The notes beneath the pieces are model-generated. The model did no database searches. It saw nothing but the letters and a program-made list of their open reading frames with translations, and was not told the origin of the DNA. Below are positions 29,400 through 41,915 of a stretch of DNA of 64,000 bases, piece by piece. Each line of letters starts with the position of its first letter. Within the stretch, counting starts at the first letter, position 1. This DNA comes from the human T2T-CHM13v2.0 reference genome, Homo sapiens: the NCBI RefSeq assembly GCF_009914755.1, contig NC_060939.1; one strand, written 5' to 3'. The position numbers and the translations under genes are program-made.

Positions 29400-30310
29400 A
29401 GGGCCTTAGATTCAAATGTCTTTCAGATCGAAATCCCTAGTCCAGACCTTGAAATCTCTTCCTGAAGGTGCCAACAGCACCTCAACCCTGATACGCTCAG
29501 CTCATGATCAGTCTCCCCAAACACAATTTCCCTATGTTCTCCATCCCAGTGAATGGCACCCCCACTCACCGTTCAAGGCTGAAATGAACCACACAGGACT
29601 CTCCCTTTTCCCTCACTCCCACATTCAATCAGCCAGTAAGGTGTGACCAACTTTAACTTATTAATATCGCCTGACCTGTCTCCTTATGTCCAACCCTATA
29701 ACCACTACCTTGGTTCAGGCCCTCATCATTTAAACATTTCATTTATTTTTTGATCTAGACCCATGAAGTGGCTCCCTAAAGGGTGCCTGTCCACAGGGCC
29801 AGTCAGAAGGAGTGTTCTGTATCCCAGATCTCATGTTGCTTCTCAGCTCACACTGGTTTGTCCCCGGCATGGTGTTTGCAGTCTGATGTGCTCGAGTCCC
29901 TGCTTATTTCTCAGGCTCTATCCTGCCCCTCTCCAGTGGGCTCCCACGGTATACACCCCTACGGGCCCACACTGCACAGGTTCCCACAGACCCCTGTGAC
30001 TTTCCAAATCTGGTCCCTTTTCTGTCTGATGCACATCAATTCATCCTTGAAGGCTTACCTTACCTACAGCCTTCCTGATGCCTCCAGGTGCAAATCAGTG
30101 TGATGTTTTTCACATCCCTACAGCATCTACACTAGAGAGTAATTATCAGTCTCAAAAAAGCAAAGGGTTTCAGAAAAATGGGACCTTCTCACTACTGCCA
30201 CACCTCCATCTGCCACCAGACTGTGAAACACTAAAGGCAGAGATATTTATTTAATTATCTTACATCTACGACATGCTCTAAGAAATGCTTGCTGACCAAG
30301 TACAGGAGTG
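29400..30310 (+). mobile_element. L2 relic
   Basis: catcccagtgaatggcacc...cccacattcaatcagccagtaag...ccactaccttggttcaggccctcatcat is an L2-type body. Confidence 0.5.
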
Positions 30311-31057
30311 AAGAAACCGTCTCCTTTTTCTTTTCGTGTCTGTAAATCCTGTTGGAAAACAGTCCTTCCTTCAGTTTGGCACTGGCTGTGGCTCCTGTTT
30401 GTTTTCTCTCATGGTTTTCTCCTCTTTTGCTTGTGACTCTTTTCCTCAATGCCTCCCTCCCCACTCATGCCAGGCTCTTTCTGGTGCCCTCAGTTACATA
30501 ACACCTGGTAATTGGTTTTAAATCTGGTCTGGAAACCACCCACAAAAGTAGGGGTGCACCCAGCTACCTGCAGGTTATCCAGGAGTCTGCTATGAGGGAG
30601 TGTTACCTAGTTTGAGAAGATAAAATAAAAACCGCTTGGCTCAGTGTTGGATTCTGAAGGAAATAGCTGGGCTGGGTGGCTCTAAGAGTTTGCATTCTGT
30701 GGCCACGGCTTTTATAACAAATGCACCATTTTAGCTACCTGAACTTAGCTGACTTCAGTTTGTTATTAGGAAGGCTTTTAGGGGCTCACACGGCAACAGA
30801 GAGCTCGTCTGTGTTTGCTCGGGTGAGAGAGAAACATCCACTCTGAAGACCCAGTCCAAGTTTATCCATTGTAAGGAATGACAGGAAGTCTTACTCTTAC
30901 TGAGCATTTGCAAACCCAGGTCCCCAGATGGGAGACAATCCTCCATGTGGTGGCACCATGGCAACCAGACATTCCTATTTGATTGAAGAGTATTGCATGT
31001 CACATTCTTTTACCCGGGCAGCCACCAGTACTGAGCTACCTCAGCACCTTCCCAATA

Positions 31058-31378
31058 CAAGTAGTCTTCCCTTATTTGTGGTTTTGCTTTCTGTGGTTTT
31101 AGATACCCACGGTTAGCTGCAGTTGGGAAATATTAAACGAAAGGTTCCGGAAATAATCAATTTATTAGTATTAAATTGCTCACCATTTTGAGTGGGGTGA
31201 TGAAACCTCTTGCTGACCAGCCCGGGATGCGAATCCTCCCTTTGTCTAGTGTATCCATGCTGTACACGCTATTCACCCGTTAGTCACTTAGTACCATCTC
31301 AGGGTTCAGTAGAATCCAGTTTCAGGCATTCACTGGGGGGTCTGGGATGTTTTCCCTTCGTATAACGGAGGCCTGTTG
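31058..31378 (+). mobile_element. MER44A (Tigger7-derived) DNA transposon
   Basis: CAAGTAGTCTTCCCTTAT TIR and matching right end, TA flanks, internal CCCGTTAGTCACTTAGT. Confidence 0.85.
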
Positions 31379-31739
31379 TAATCAGCATCACTGAATAACT
31401 TAATAGATATTTAGTTCATCAATAAACTACCAATTTTAAGTGAATTAAAAATATAAACATAGTAAAACATTGAAAAAAATTAAATTTTATCAGAAAAACA
31501 ATTGTTTTATTTTATAATCTTTTACCAAGGAATTTTGCTCACTTCAAGGATAGATAAATCTTGAGTCTTTGGCCTTCCTGCTGTTCTCTGTGAGTCTGAT
31601 GGGCTGATGTCTCACTGGAGGGTTCAGAGCTCCTTCAGATCACATGTTGGTAAGGATATTGCCCTTCAAGGCTGGAAGGCAGGATGAGTCAACCTGGGAA
31701 GTCGGGCCAGTGGCCTCAGAATACACTGCTTGTGTTTAC

Positions 31740-31936
31740 CCTGGAAAGTGATATCATCTGTTGCAGCATTTGGGTGTGGTGTTGAAAGGTCCAGTCGTGG
31801 CATTGACTTTGTTTTCTAAAGAAAATCTTCAGGCTCTGGGGAAGGGTCGAAGTCTGAACAACAAAGCCCTTGCCCACATGGTCGGCCCTCTTAAGAAATT
31901 CCGACCACTTATCTTTGATCTTAAGAATCTCCACAC
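31740..31936 (-). other. Candidate minus-strand exon, open for 65 codons
   Basis: Branch ctaac plus ctctctcattcaaagccaAG acceptor; donor AGG|gtaaac; frame VEILKIKDKWSEFLKRADHVGKG...MISLSR. Confidence 0.3.
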
Positions 31937-32529
31937 CTTGGCTTTGAATGAGAGAGTTAGGTGGCTCACAATACTGATTATATTACTGGGATATGCTATT
32001 TACTTAGGTCCCTTAAATCATACCATTATTCTTCGTCGGCATTAGAGTAAGGAAACAATATTTTTATCTCATTTCTCATTTTACTAATGTGTATGGGTAT
32101 TTTCCTCTTCAATAGACTATTTAAGTGGGGGGAAAAGCAGTGTTTATAGCTAGAATCCACTTCTTTGAACAGTGCTCTCAAAATAAGCACATTCAGTGGC
32201 TGAAAGTTGATAGTATTGAATATTCTCACCATTTCTGTCAACACTAAATGAACATCGGGAGATATTATTTTGGCCAGCAGTTACTCTGTGTGAATAAACA
32301 ACATGCAGGCTGTCATTTGGATGCTGCCTCCCTTGTTCAAGTAGCTATACCCTTTCTTTATATCTGTCTCTCTCTCCTGAAACAAGACTTGATTAAGTGA
32401 ATAAAATTTAATTCTGGAGACTAGGTTTTTAATGATTAAAATTACAGAAATTTTTCAAGCACTTCTTCCTCATATATACTAAGAGTTGATTCATATTCAT
32501 TATGTCTGTATTATGTAATTATATATAAT

Positions 32530-33412
32530 GTTTTTTCTGTCTTTATTGATACATAATAGTTGTACATATTTGTGGAGTACATGGGATCTTTTGATACATA
32601 CCTATAATGTATAATTATAAAATTAGGGTAGTTGGGATAGCCATCACCTGAAACGGTTACCATTTCTTCGTGTTGGGAACATTATAATGCTTTTCTTGCA
32701 GCTATTTTGAAATATACTATAAATTCTTATTAATTATGTTTGTTCTACTGTGAACACTAGAACTTATTCCTTCTTTCTAACTGTATTTTTGTACCCATTA
32801 ACCAAGTTCTCTTCCTCTCTGACTTCAACACTTCCCAACCTCTGGTAATCACCATTCTACTCCCCACCTCCATAAGTTTAGCCTTTTTAGCTCCCACATA
32901 TGAGTGAGAACATGTGATATTTGTCTTTCTGTGCATGGCTTATTTCATTTAACATCATATCCTCCAGTTACATCCATGTTGCTTCAAATGATGGGATTTT
33001 AATTTTTTTATGAATGAATATTCCATTGTGAATATATACCACATTTTCTTTGTCCATTCATCTGTTGATGGGCACATATGTTGATTCTATAATCTGGCTA
33101 TTGTGAATAGTGCTGCAATAAACAAAGAGGTGCAGATATCTCTTTTATATGCTGATTGCCTTTCTTTTGGTTACATCCCTAGCAGTAGGATTGCTGGATC
33201 ATATGGTAGTTCTATTTTTAGTTTTCTGATGGACTTCCATACTAATCTACATTCCCATGAACAGTGTAGGAGAACTTCCCCTTCTCTGTATCCTCATCAG
33301 CAACTGCTATGTTCTGTCTTTTTGATAATAGCCACTTTAACTGAGGTGAGATGACATCTCATTGTGGTTTTGATTTGCATTTCCTGGATGATTAGTGATG
33401 TTGAGAATTTTA
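32530..33412 (-). mobile_element. L1MA 3' fragment
   Basis: L1MA-type 3'UTR (ttgatacataatagttgtacatat...) and ORF2 tail (gtgaatagtgctgcaataaac). Confidence 0.85.
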
Positions 33413-33754
33413 AAAGTAAGTTTTTTCAATAGTTTTAAATTTATTTCCAGAAATAATGAAAATAATAACAATGATTATTATCTTTGTTTTTTTAACCAAT
33501 ATTGTGTGATTGATTGCTGTTTAATATTTCTGTTGGAGATTAAAGGAGGACTTCCTCTCTCTGTATTAGTCAGGATAAGCTAGGTTATCCTGCAATAACA
33601 AATAATCTCTGAATCTAAGTTGTTTAAAACAACAATAGAAACAGTTTTTACTTTTTTTCCACTCAGGGTGCATGTCCACTGAAGACTGGCTCATTGGAAG
33701 TGACGAGCTAGGGATGCATTCTTGATTATTCTCACTAACAGAACCAGAATGAGT

Positions 33755-34338
33755 TGTGATGATAATTAATTTTAGGTGTCAACTTGACCAGATTAAGTGG
33801 TACCCAGATAGCTGATAAAGCATTACTTCTGGGCATGTCTATAAGGGTGTTTCCAAAAGAGATTGGCATTTGAATCAGTGGACTGAGTGAGGAAGATGTG
33901 GCCTCACCCAATGTGGACAGGCATCGTCCATATGGCTCAGGTCCTACTAGAACAAAAAGCCAGAGGAAAGGTGAATTTGCTCACTCCCTTCTGGAGCTGG
34001 GACACCCTTATTCTCCTGCCCTTGGACATCAGAACCCCAGGTTCTCTATCCAGCCTTTCGAATCTGGGGCTTGGATTAGTGACCCCCCAGTTTCTCAGGC
34101 ATTCAGCCTTGTGACCTTCAGTCTTGTGGTGAAAGTTATGCTATTGACATCTCTGGTTTTGAAGCCTTAAGGCTTAGACTGACTCATATTACTGGCTTCC
34201 CTGGTTCTCTAGCTTATAGATGGCTTATTGCGGGACTTCTCAGCCTCCATAATCCTGTGATAATTCCTATCTCTATCTCTCCATCTCTCTCTATATATAT
34301 CTTATTGTCTCTGTCTCTCCGGAGAATTCTAATCCAAT
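33755..34338 (+). mobile_element. MLT2B-type solo LTR
   Basis: TGTGATG...TTTTAGGTGTCAACTTGAC...GAGATTGGCATTTGAATCAGTGGACTGAGT...TCTCTCCGGAGAATTCTAAT. Confidence 0.85.
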
Positions 34339-34375
34339 GAGGGAGGCTTATCTTTAGGAAGGGAGTGGCAAGGAA

Positions 34376-34419
34376 GGGGTATAGCTCAGAGGTAGAGCAT
34401 TGGACTACAGACCAAGAGG
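34376..34419 (+). pseudogene. 3'-truncated tRNA-Cys tailless retropseudogene
   Basis: GGGGTATAGCTCAGAGGTAGAGCATTGGACTACAGACCAAGAGG matches the 5' ~45 nt of tRNA-Cys(GCA); 18-bp direct repeats on both sides. Confidence 0.88.
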
Positions 34420-34494
34420 AAGGGAGTGGCAAGGCAAATCATGTGCTGGCCGTTAATGCTTTGACACAAAAGTGACACAAGTGATATTCATATT

Positions 34495-35040
34495 TCTTTC
34501 TTATTTATTATTTTTAAATAGACTTTACTTTTTAGAGCAATTTCAGGTTTATAGAAAAATTATGCAGAAAGTAGAGTTTCCAGGTATGCACTCCTTCCCC
34601 TTCCCCACACTCCTCCTCTGCCCCTCCACCCCCTTGCCCAGAGTTCTCTCTCATTAACATATTTTGAGACAGGGTCTCTCTCTGTTGCCCAAGCATGATT
34701 TCTGCTCATTGCAGCTTTGTGCAGCCTTGACCTCCTGAGCTCAAGTGATCCTTCCACCTTAGCCTCCCCAGTAGCTGGGACTACAGGCACACAGAGTCAC
34801 ACTGAGCTAAAATTTTTTTGTATTTTTTTTTAGAGATGGGGTTTTGCCATGTTGCTCAGGCTGGTCTTGAACTCCTGAGCTCAAGTGATCCACTCACTTC
34901 AGCCTCGCAAAGTGCTGGGATTACATGCATGAGCCGCTGCGCTTGGCTCTCTTCCATGTCTTTTTGTGGCTTTCTTTCTTTCCTTTTTTTTTTTTTTTTT
35001 ATCACTGGATAATATTCCACTGTATGGATGTACCACAGTA
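34495..35040 (-). mobile_element. L1M (MB/MC-type) 3' fragment split by an Alu
   Basis: tttttagagcaatttcaggtttatagaaaaatt...; ataatattccactgtatggatgtaccacagt. Confidence 0.6.
34662..34948 (-). mobile_element. AluJ
   Basis: CTCCTGAGCTCAAGTGATCC in both monomers. Confidence 0.88.
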
Positions 35041-35468
35041 TTGCTCTCAATCATATTCTATTGACCAAAGTAAGCCACATGGCAACCCTGACTTCAAGGG
35101 AGGGAAGGGTTATCCAATCATATAATTGGAAGAAGAAAAAGTAGAACTATTTTGTGAGCAGCACTAATTAACCCTTTTGCTTCCATGTCTTGAATGAAGT
35201 AACAATGTTATGCTCACAGTCAAATCTTTTTCAGGGTAAGTGAGAGAGTTTCAATTTAACGACAACTTGGACCCCCAATTTTTGCTATGAAGAAAGTAAT
35301 AAAAGGAGCCAGAACACTCCTCATATATTACAAAAAAATCTCAATATGATCTCAAAGCTTGGCTGCAGGCTGCTCACAGATCCTCTGTGTCCTCCCTGAA
35401 TACCATGTAAGTGACAGCGTCTTTGGAGTCCTAAAGGGGCCACACCTTTGTCAGAAGCCATATGCACT

Positions 35469-35901
35469 TGTTAAACTGAACTAAATATGGCCTGAGAAGG
35501 ACGCCATACTTCTAAATTTGAGTCCATGAGGACAAACTGTAACCTAACTTTATAGTCAGATAGGATTGAAAACCTGACTTAAGAGTATGTGCCTGTAACA
35601 ATAGCTGAGGTCTGGCCAATCACAGCAGCCATACGTCAACCACTCATACACTGCTGAGTGTTCAGATTTGTTCAAAAAAGGCAAATGTTGAGCTGTAATC
35701 AGTCCAGCTGTTTCTGTACCTCACTTCTGATTTCTGCACGTCACTTCCCTTTTGTTGTCTATAAATTTGTTCTGACCATAAGGCATCCCTGGACTCTCTC
35801 TGAATCTGTTGTGATTCTGGAGGCTGCCCAATTTATGAATTTTTTTTTCTTGCTCAGTTAAACTCTGTTAAATTTAATTTGTCTGAAGTTTCCTTTTAAC
35901 A
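35469..35901 (+). mobile_element. MER57-family (ERV1) solo LTR
   Basis: TGTTAAA...TTTTAACA termini, CCAAT and TATAAA boxes, 4-bp TSD-like cact/cagt. Confidence 0.8.
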
Positions 35902-35974
35902 CAGTATAGCCTCAGAATATTGCTCAATATTGTCCTGGACGTAGACAGAAGTGATAACAAATCAGGTAAAGGCC

Positions 35975-36580
35975 AGTCCAGAAAACAGACACCCATCAGT
36001 TTTCCTAATAAAGAATACTTAATATAAGGAATTGAAGCACTGAAAGTGAGGAGGAGGACCACTGGAGGGTCACGGAGCTAGCAACTGCAGGAAGCAATCG
36101 CTACCCCTAGGGCTGAGAGAACAAAAGGGATGCGTCAGGTGCCTGGGATCTGGAAGCTTGGAGGAGGGCCCTGCAGAGCTGGAAACTGGACCAGGAGGGA
36201 GGGGTGCTGCCTGGTGGAGGCAGGTGCGTTGGAGACTCAGAGCAGGGACCCTCAAAACAGGGACTCAATATCTGGGGAGGAGGTTCTGGTTGACAGACGC
36301 TATCACTGAGGGAGTGTGTTCTTGTAGTGAGGAAAATAACTGCAAACTGGAGCTAAGGGCTGCTGGGATGATACTGACAGGACCAGCAAAAAAACAGAAG
36401 GAACAAATCCCTTCTTCCCCACTGCCTCCAGACTCCCTCTAGTGCCCCACTACTGGCAGCCTAAGAGAAATCCCTCTGGCAAAGCTGAAATGTGATTACA
36501 GAGGCCCAGCCCCAGCAACACAAAGCTGAGAATGAAGGGTGAGTGTGGAGTTTACAGGCAACAGCTTAATAATCAACACA
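35975..36580 (-). mobile_element. LTR41-like ERVL LTR
   Basis: rc TGTGTTGATTATTAAGCTGTTGCC...GCTGGGGCTGGG...GGGGCACTAGAGGGAG. Confidence 0.55.
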
Positions 36581-37129
36581 GACACTAAACAAATATTTGG
36601 TCCCTGTCTCTTATGCTAATATTTGCTCATTACAGCTAAAAGACTCTGAGGAAGGCCGAGGTCAGAGAAGGCGTAAGATCTGCTATTGACATGTCCTGAA
36701 AGCCTTCCTTTTTGGTAACTGTCAGCTAAAAGAATCATCCCGGCAGTATCATCTGGAAACTCGTCCAGCTTGTTTTTTGGCCACCACTCAATAAGAACTT
36801 AGTTTGAGTTCCTTGCTCTTGCTTTAAGTAGCTTTTAGAGTTCTTTGAGACATTTGTACTTGAGATAGAGAAAAGAACAGCTCCATGACAATCTTGGCTT
36901 CCCCAGGGTATTTGAAGGGGCTTACTGTCCATTCCCAGTTCTGAATCACCAAATTCCACTAAATAGCCAAGGTACTCACCAACCGTTCTTCCTTAATCTT
37001 TGCAGTCCTTCCTGTTCCCATTTCTTATTTTTATGTATTTCTGTCCTTTCTTTTCCCTGTTTTAAAATCCTTCCCCTTCTTCTTTTCTGCCATTCCACTG
37101 CTTTTCCTGATAACCCTCACTCTTCCCGG

Positions 37130-37350
37130 GGGACAGCACAGTGTGCTTGAAAGAGCATGACTCCTGCACAAGAAGGGCCTAGGGTTAAATCCTAATTCTA
37201 ATGTTTACTTGCTTTATGATCTTGAGCAAGTAATTTTTCATTTTCAGTTTTTTAAAATGGAAATAATTGCTAGGATACGTGTACTTTGTAAGAAGAAAAT
37301 GAGAGAATGTATATGTAGTGCCTGATAGATAATAGGTGCTTGTTAAATAT
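37130..37350 (+). mobile_element. MIR
   Basis: ggcagcacagtgtg...tgatcttgagcaagt...aaaatggaaataat...aataggtgct. Confidence 0.65.
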
Positions 37351-38824
37351 TTGCTTCCATCTCTCTTTTTGTTGTTGTTATCAAATGCACCCTTAGGTAC
37401 ACCTATTGAAAACCAACTTAAGACTTCCTTATGTCTGCTGCAGAGCCCTGCGCTAGGCGCCTATCTTAGACCCAGCCTGAATTCTTCTCCTAAAGTACCG
37501 AATTGTTTATTTAATCTGGCCATATTTTATTTAACTCACTTTCTCTGTCTTAATTATTTGGAAACTGGTGAGGCTCAAAATTCAGTCTGTGGCAGCCAGA
37601 ATTACTAAGCTGGTGTATTTTGACTAAAACAGGGGAAAGTTTGCAGCATAAGGGAAAGAAAAGACAGACTAGGTTTGGATTACTCTGACTGGAATCAGTG
37701 GGAGATGGAAGGTTCAAGTCCTAAACTGGCATTCCCTCACACTTCATGCCAGGACCAGCCATCAGATACCACTCATCGTCATGTGCAGACTGGCCCTAGA
37801 GCTGGAAAATGGCCACCGAGGTCACGAGAGGGTGGAAATAATATTTCACTCTGTCTCAGTGTTACGACACCTTGCTGGTTATTTACCTTCCAGTCCTTTG
37901 GAACCCTTAACTAGAAGTAGTTGCAAAGTCAGCCAGCCAGCGAGCTAAGTACTGAGCCAAGCATCACTGAAGAATTTGTAAGTTGTTTTCTCTTTCTTAT
38001 CTACCAAGTGCTGGTCAGGGTGAGCCTAGCACTGCATCTTGAAGCAGGGCTCCTCTCCATTGTTTAGGTTAAATTACCTGTCAGTATTTGAGGAAATCAG
38101 GGGCACCTCCTAAAATTGGAGGTGGTGCTCCTGAATCCCCCATCTTTCCTCTGAAGGTGGTACCACTTTCCATGGCTAAGTGGGAAGCCTGAGGTTTTCC
38201 TTTTTTACTTAAAAGCTTTGCAAAGGTGATAGAGAGTCTAGGCACCCAAGGGGGATTTCCTACTGTAGGGTATTTCTGTGGTTTCAGAGTCCCAAATTTA
38301 ATAGTGGTGGTTTAGGGAATGCTGATTCTCAAGGGCAAAAAGGCAATTGAAATGTGGAGCCACTTCCTGTTGGTGAGGGAAGGGACACTGTAGGAGGTAA
38401 TGAGCTGGTTTGCATAAAATTGCCTTTTAAACATCAGGAGATTTTATTGATTTAAATAAAAAGCCTGAGATCCAGTTCCAGGATTGGTTCAGCAACTCAG
38501 TAATACCAAAACACTGGTCTTTCCATTGCTTTGTTCTTCCTTCCTCAGGTGTGGCACCTCATGTGTGCAAGATGGCTGCTGCTGCAGTGGCAAGCACCAT
38601 GTCTTCACTGACCTGCACAGAAGCTTAAATTCTGACTTGCTTGATGGCATGGCATGCATGCCCAATGGGAAAAGCCATTTGATTCATGTACAGGTTCATG
38701 AAGGGCATGATTACTGGGAGCTTCCCTTTTGGACTTGAAGTATAAGATTTATTTCACACTGATGCCCTTCCTTGAGTAATAATAACACTAATATTCACTG
38801 AGCACTTATTACCTTCCAAGCTAA

Positions 38825-39138
<314 letters not shown>

Positions 39139-39242
39139 AAACGCTTTTATATGAACATTTTAGTCATCTTCATAACAACTCCACAGAGAGGATATTATTT
39201 ATATTATCTTCATTTTACAGATGAGAAAACTAAAGCTTAGAA

Positions 39243-39500
39243 CAGGGTTTTTCAAATTGTGGGTCTGAAACCATTAGTAGACCATGAAATCAATTTGCTG
39301 GATTATGACTAGCATTTATAGAAATTTACATAGAATAGGACCAATCAAATGGTGCTCACAAAATATCAAAAATAATTATTTTTTATTAATCTTTTAATTT
39401 ATGTGAGTATGTGTGTGTGTGTGCACACACGTAGAGTATTATTTATGTTAAATATATTTCTTACTGTGGATTGCAGTGAAAAAATGTTTGAAAAGTCTAT
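39243..39500 (+). mobile_element. MER103C-like hAT-Charlie element
   Basis: CAGGGTTTTTCAAA...CCATTAGT...TGAAATCAATTT...TTTCTTACTGTGG...GTTTGAAAA. Confidence 0.65.
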
Positions 39501-40621
39501 CTTTGAGTTTAAGTAACTTGCCCAAGATCATGTGGTAAATTATGAAGCTGTAATTTGAGCCCATGCAGTCTGAGACCAGAATCTGTGCTCTCAATCTCTG
39601 CCATGCTGCCAACTTAACTTAGAGCATGGGGAGCCCAAGAAAGGGCAGTCGTGTAGAGAGGGAAAACAATGGGAGAGGAGCAGCTGGAGAATGGAGGCAA
39701 GGCCCCAGACTCCTGGAGAATGTTCTGTGTTCCTGTTACTGGGCTCAGGTTGCAAAGGTTTAGCACGCGAATGGCCGTGGCGCTCTCTGGACAGCCCTCA
39801 GAACCACAGGTCTTGGTTCCCAGCACAGTTCTGCTGGATGCCAGGCATAATTGCTATTCACTACCCCTTGTATTTGCACATCTTTGCTGGTTTGAACAAA
39901 AAATTATATTACTTTATTGATGTCATTCCCATACAGAATTTTAGAGCTGTAAGAGAACTTAAGTCCTGAGTTGTCTGGATGCTAAATGTGAGACCTGAGA
40001 GGTCAAGTGACACGCTAAGGTCACACCGAAGATGACAGGGAGCAAGACTCAGACCTTGGGCATGCAGGCCTGTGCTTTTCATTGCTTTCATTTGTATCAT
40101 GACCTGGTCCTTTTAGAAGGTGGTGAATTACAGGCTAGCAGGAAAGGTCTGCGTGTGCCTCATCCTGGAGGCTTATTTGAAAACTGGAGAAAAAGATGTC
40201 TTCTCTAGTATCCATGCTGGGTTTCAAGGTGGGCTGGAATCTTCTCGTGAGAGTGCAGGGAAGTGAGAATGGAGAGAAAGGGGGTGTGCGTTGCCTCTTG
40301 GCTTGTTTTTCTAAGCACAAAATGAAACTTTTTTCCAGGCAACTTTTTCTTTTCTTTTTTTTTTTTTTTTTACAAAAATAATAATTTGAGACTCTTTCCC
40401 AGGGCAAAAATACACTGTGCAGTCTTTGTGCCCACAGCACCTGTAGAAGGGATTGAATTGAAGTTTTGTTCAAGGTGCTGAAAGTTTATGGTCCATTTAG
40501 CTGTGAAGCAGAGTTTAATGTTGGCAAACTTTTGTGTTTGTTTTAGTTTCTGAAAGTTGCTAACCATTTTCCCTTTCTTGGGGAGGAGAGCAGGCCTGGC
40601 AGGAAAGGCAGGGCCATCACT

Positions 40622-40643
40622 GGGGCAGGGTGGGCGGGGTGGG
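40622..40643 (+). promoter_or_regulatory. GC box (SP/KLF) and five-tract G-quadruplex motif
   Basis: GGGGCAGGGTGGGCGGGGTGGG. Confidence 0.5.
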
Positions 40644-41754
40644 TAGTGTTTAGGTACAGAATCTTAATGGGCCAGTAGATATGTCTGCCTGATGCCTTTA
40701 GCACCACAGCCTGTTAGCCTGACCTGCTGGCACATGGAGTTAAGGCCGCAGAGGCTGAGGAAAGTGGGTGTTTTCGGAGCCCCTTCCTTCAGCAGTTTCA
40801 TCCAGTGTGGATGCTGATGGACAGCTACAATCCCCAGAGCCAAGTGCACATTCCTGCAAAAGATAAACATTTGTCTATTTGCTCAACTCTGCTCTCACTT
40901 TGTTACCATCTAAGCCAGATCTATCATGCCCTCGATGCATTTGGCAGGAGGGAAAACAGATGGTCATAGACCTGGCTAAACAGTTCCTATTTCTGCAGCC
41001 CTGGCACTAGTAATTCTGGGTCTACTTGCAATTTTGTGTAAGACGCTAGATAAGAGGCCTAAAGCCCATCACCTGCCCTGGTCTATGCACTAGCAATAAG
41101 CAGATGTTACCTTGAGTCTGGAGTAACAACCAGACTCATTTGGCAATTCTGGAGGCAAATTGCTTGTCAGAAACACAAAAACAAATATTTCATAAACATA
41201 ATAATCATGTGTCAAGGGTAAGTCTCATGTTCCTACCTCATTTCTTTGTCCTTTCCCCTAATTTCCATTTTCTCCAAGGTAATTCAGGACCCTGCTGCCT
41301 CTTGCCTAAATTAGGGCAAGAACTTTCTATCTCATCTCCTTGCCTCTAGACTCTCCCCACTCCTCCCTACTCCTTGCAAGTGCACCTCATTCCTGGCTAC
41401 CATAGGCACAATCTTCTCTCTCCTTAGTGGGAAGAGATCACATCTGATTCAGCATGAGTACCTCAGCACTCAGCATGGTTACATCAGCACCCTGGTACAT
41501 AGATGCTCAAATGATAGTTGTTATAAAAATGAATGCATAAATCAAGTGCTATAGTGTTGGGTTGGTACACATAGAATGTCTCTGTAAGTTCATTTTTAAC
41601 TTCTCTATTTAAAGGAGGGATCATGGTTCAGAGGAAAGAGCACTAAAGTACGAGTCAGAAGACTTGGCTTTGCATGATAGCTGTGTCACCATATGCTAGC
41701 TGTCATGCTAAGTGCTTTGAATTCACTATCTCATCTCTTACAAATAACCTCTGA

Positions 41755-41915
41755 GATATATATATAATCTTCATATATGATATATATCATAGGTTACATG
41801 ATATATGTATCATGTATCATATACATGAATAATACATATATATCATGTATCATGATATAATACATGAATTATGTATATATCATGTATCATAATATATGAT
41901 ATATATATATATATG
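41755..41915. repeat. AT-rich low-complexity repeat, (ATATCATGT)-like plus (AT)n
   Basis: Seen directly; lies inside MIR-like sequence. Confidence 0.85.

Larger units (their letters stand above)
33562..35170 (-). mobile_element. Old MLT1 LTR broken by MLT2B, a tRNA retrocopy, an L1M fragment and an AluJ
   Basis: TGTATTAGTCAGGATAAGCTAGGTTAT start; resumes around 34340-34490 and 35040-35170 (attctattgaccaaagtaagccacatggc). Confidence 0.55.

Noticed and set aside
34376-34419. Functional tRNA gene
   Set aside because: Lacks the T-arm/B-box and 3' acceptor stem; anticodon altered
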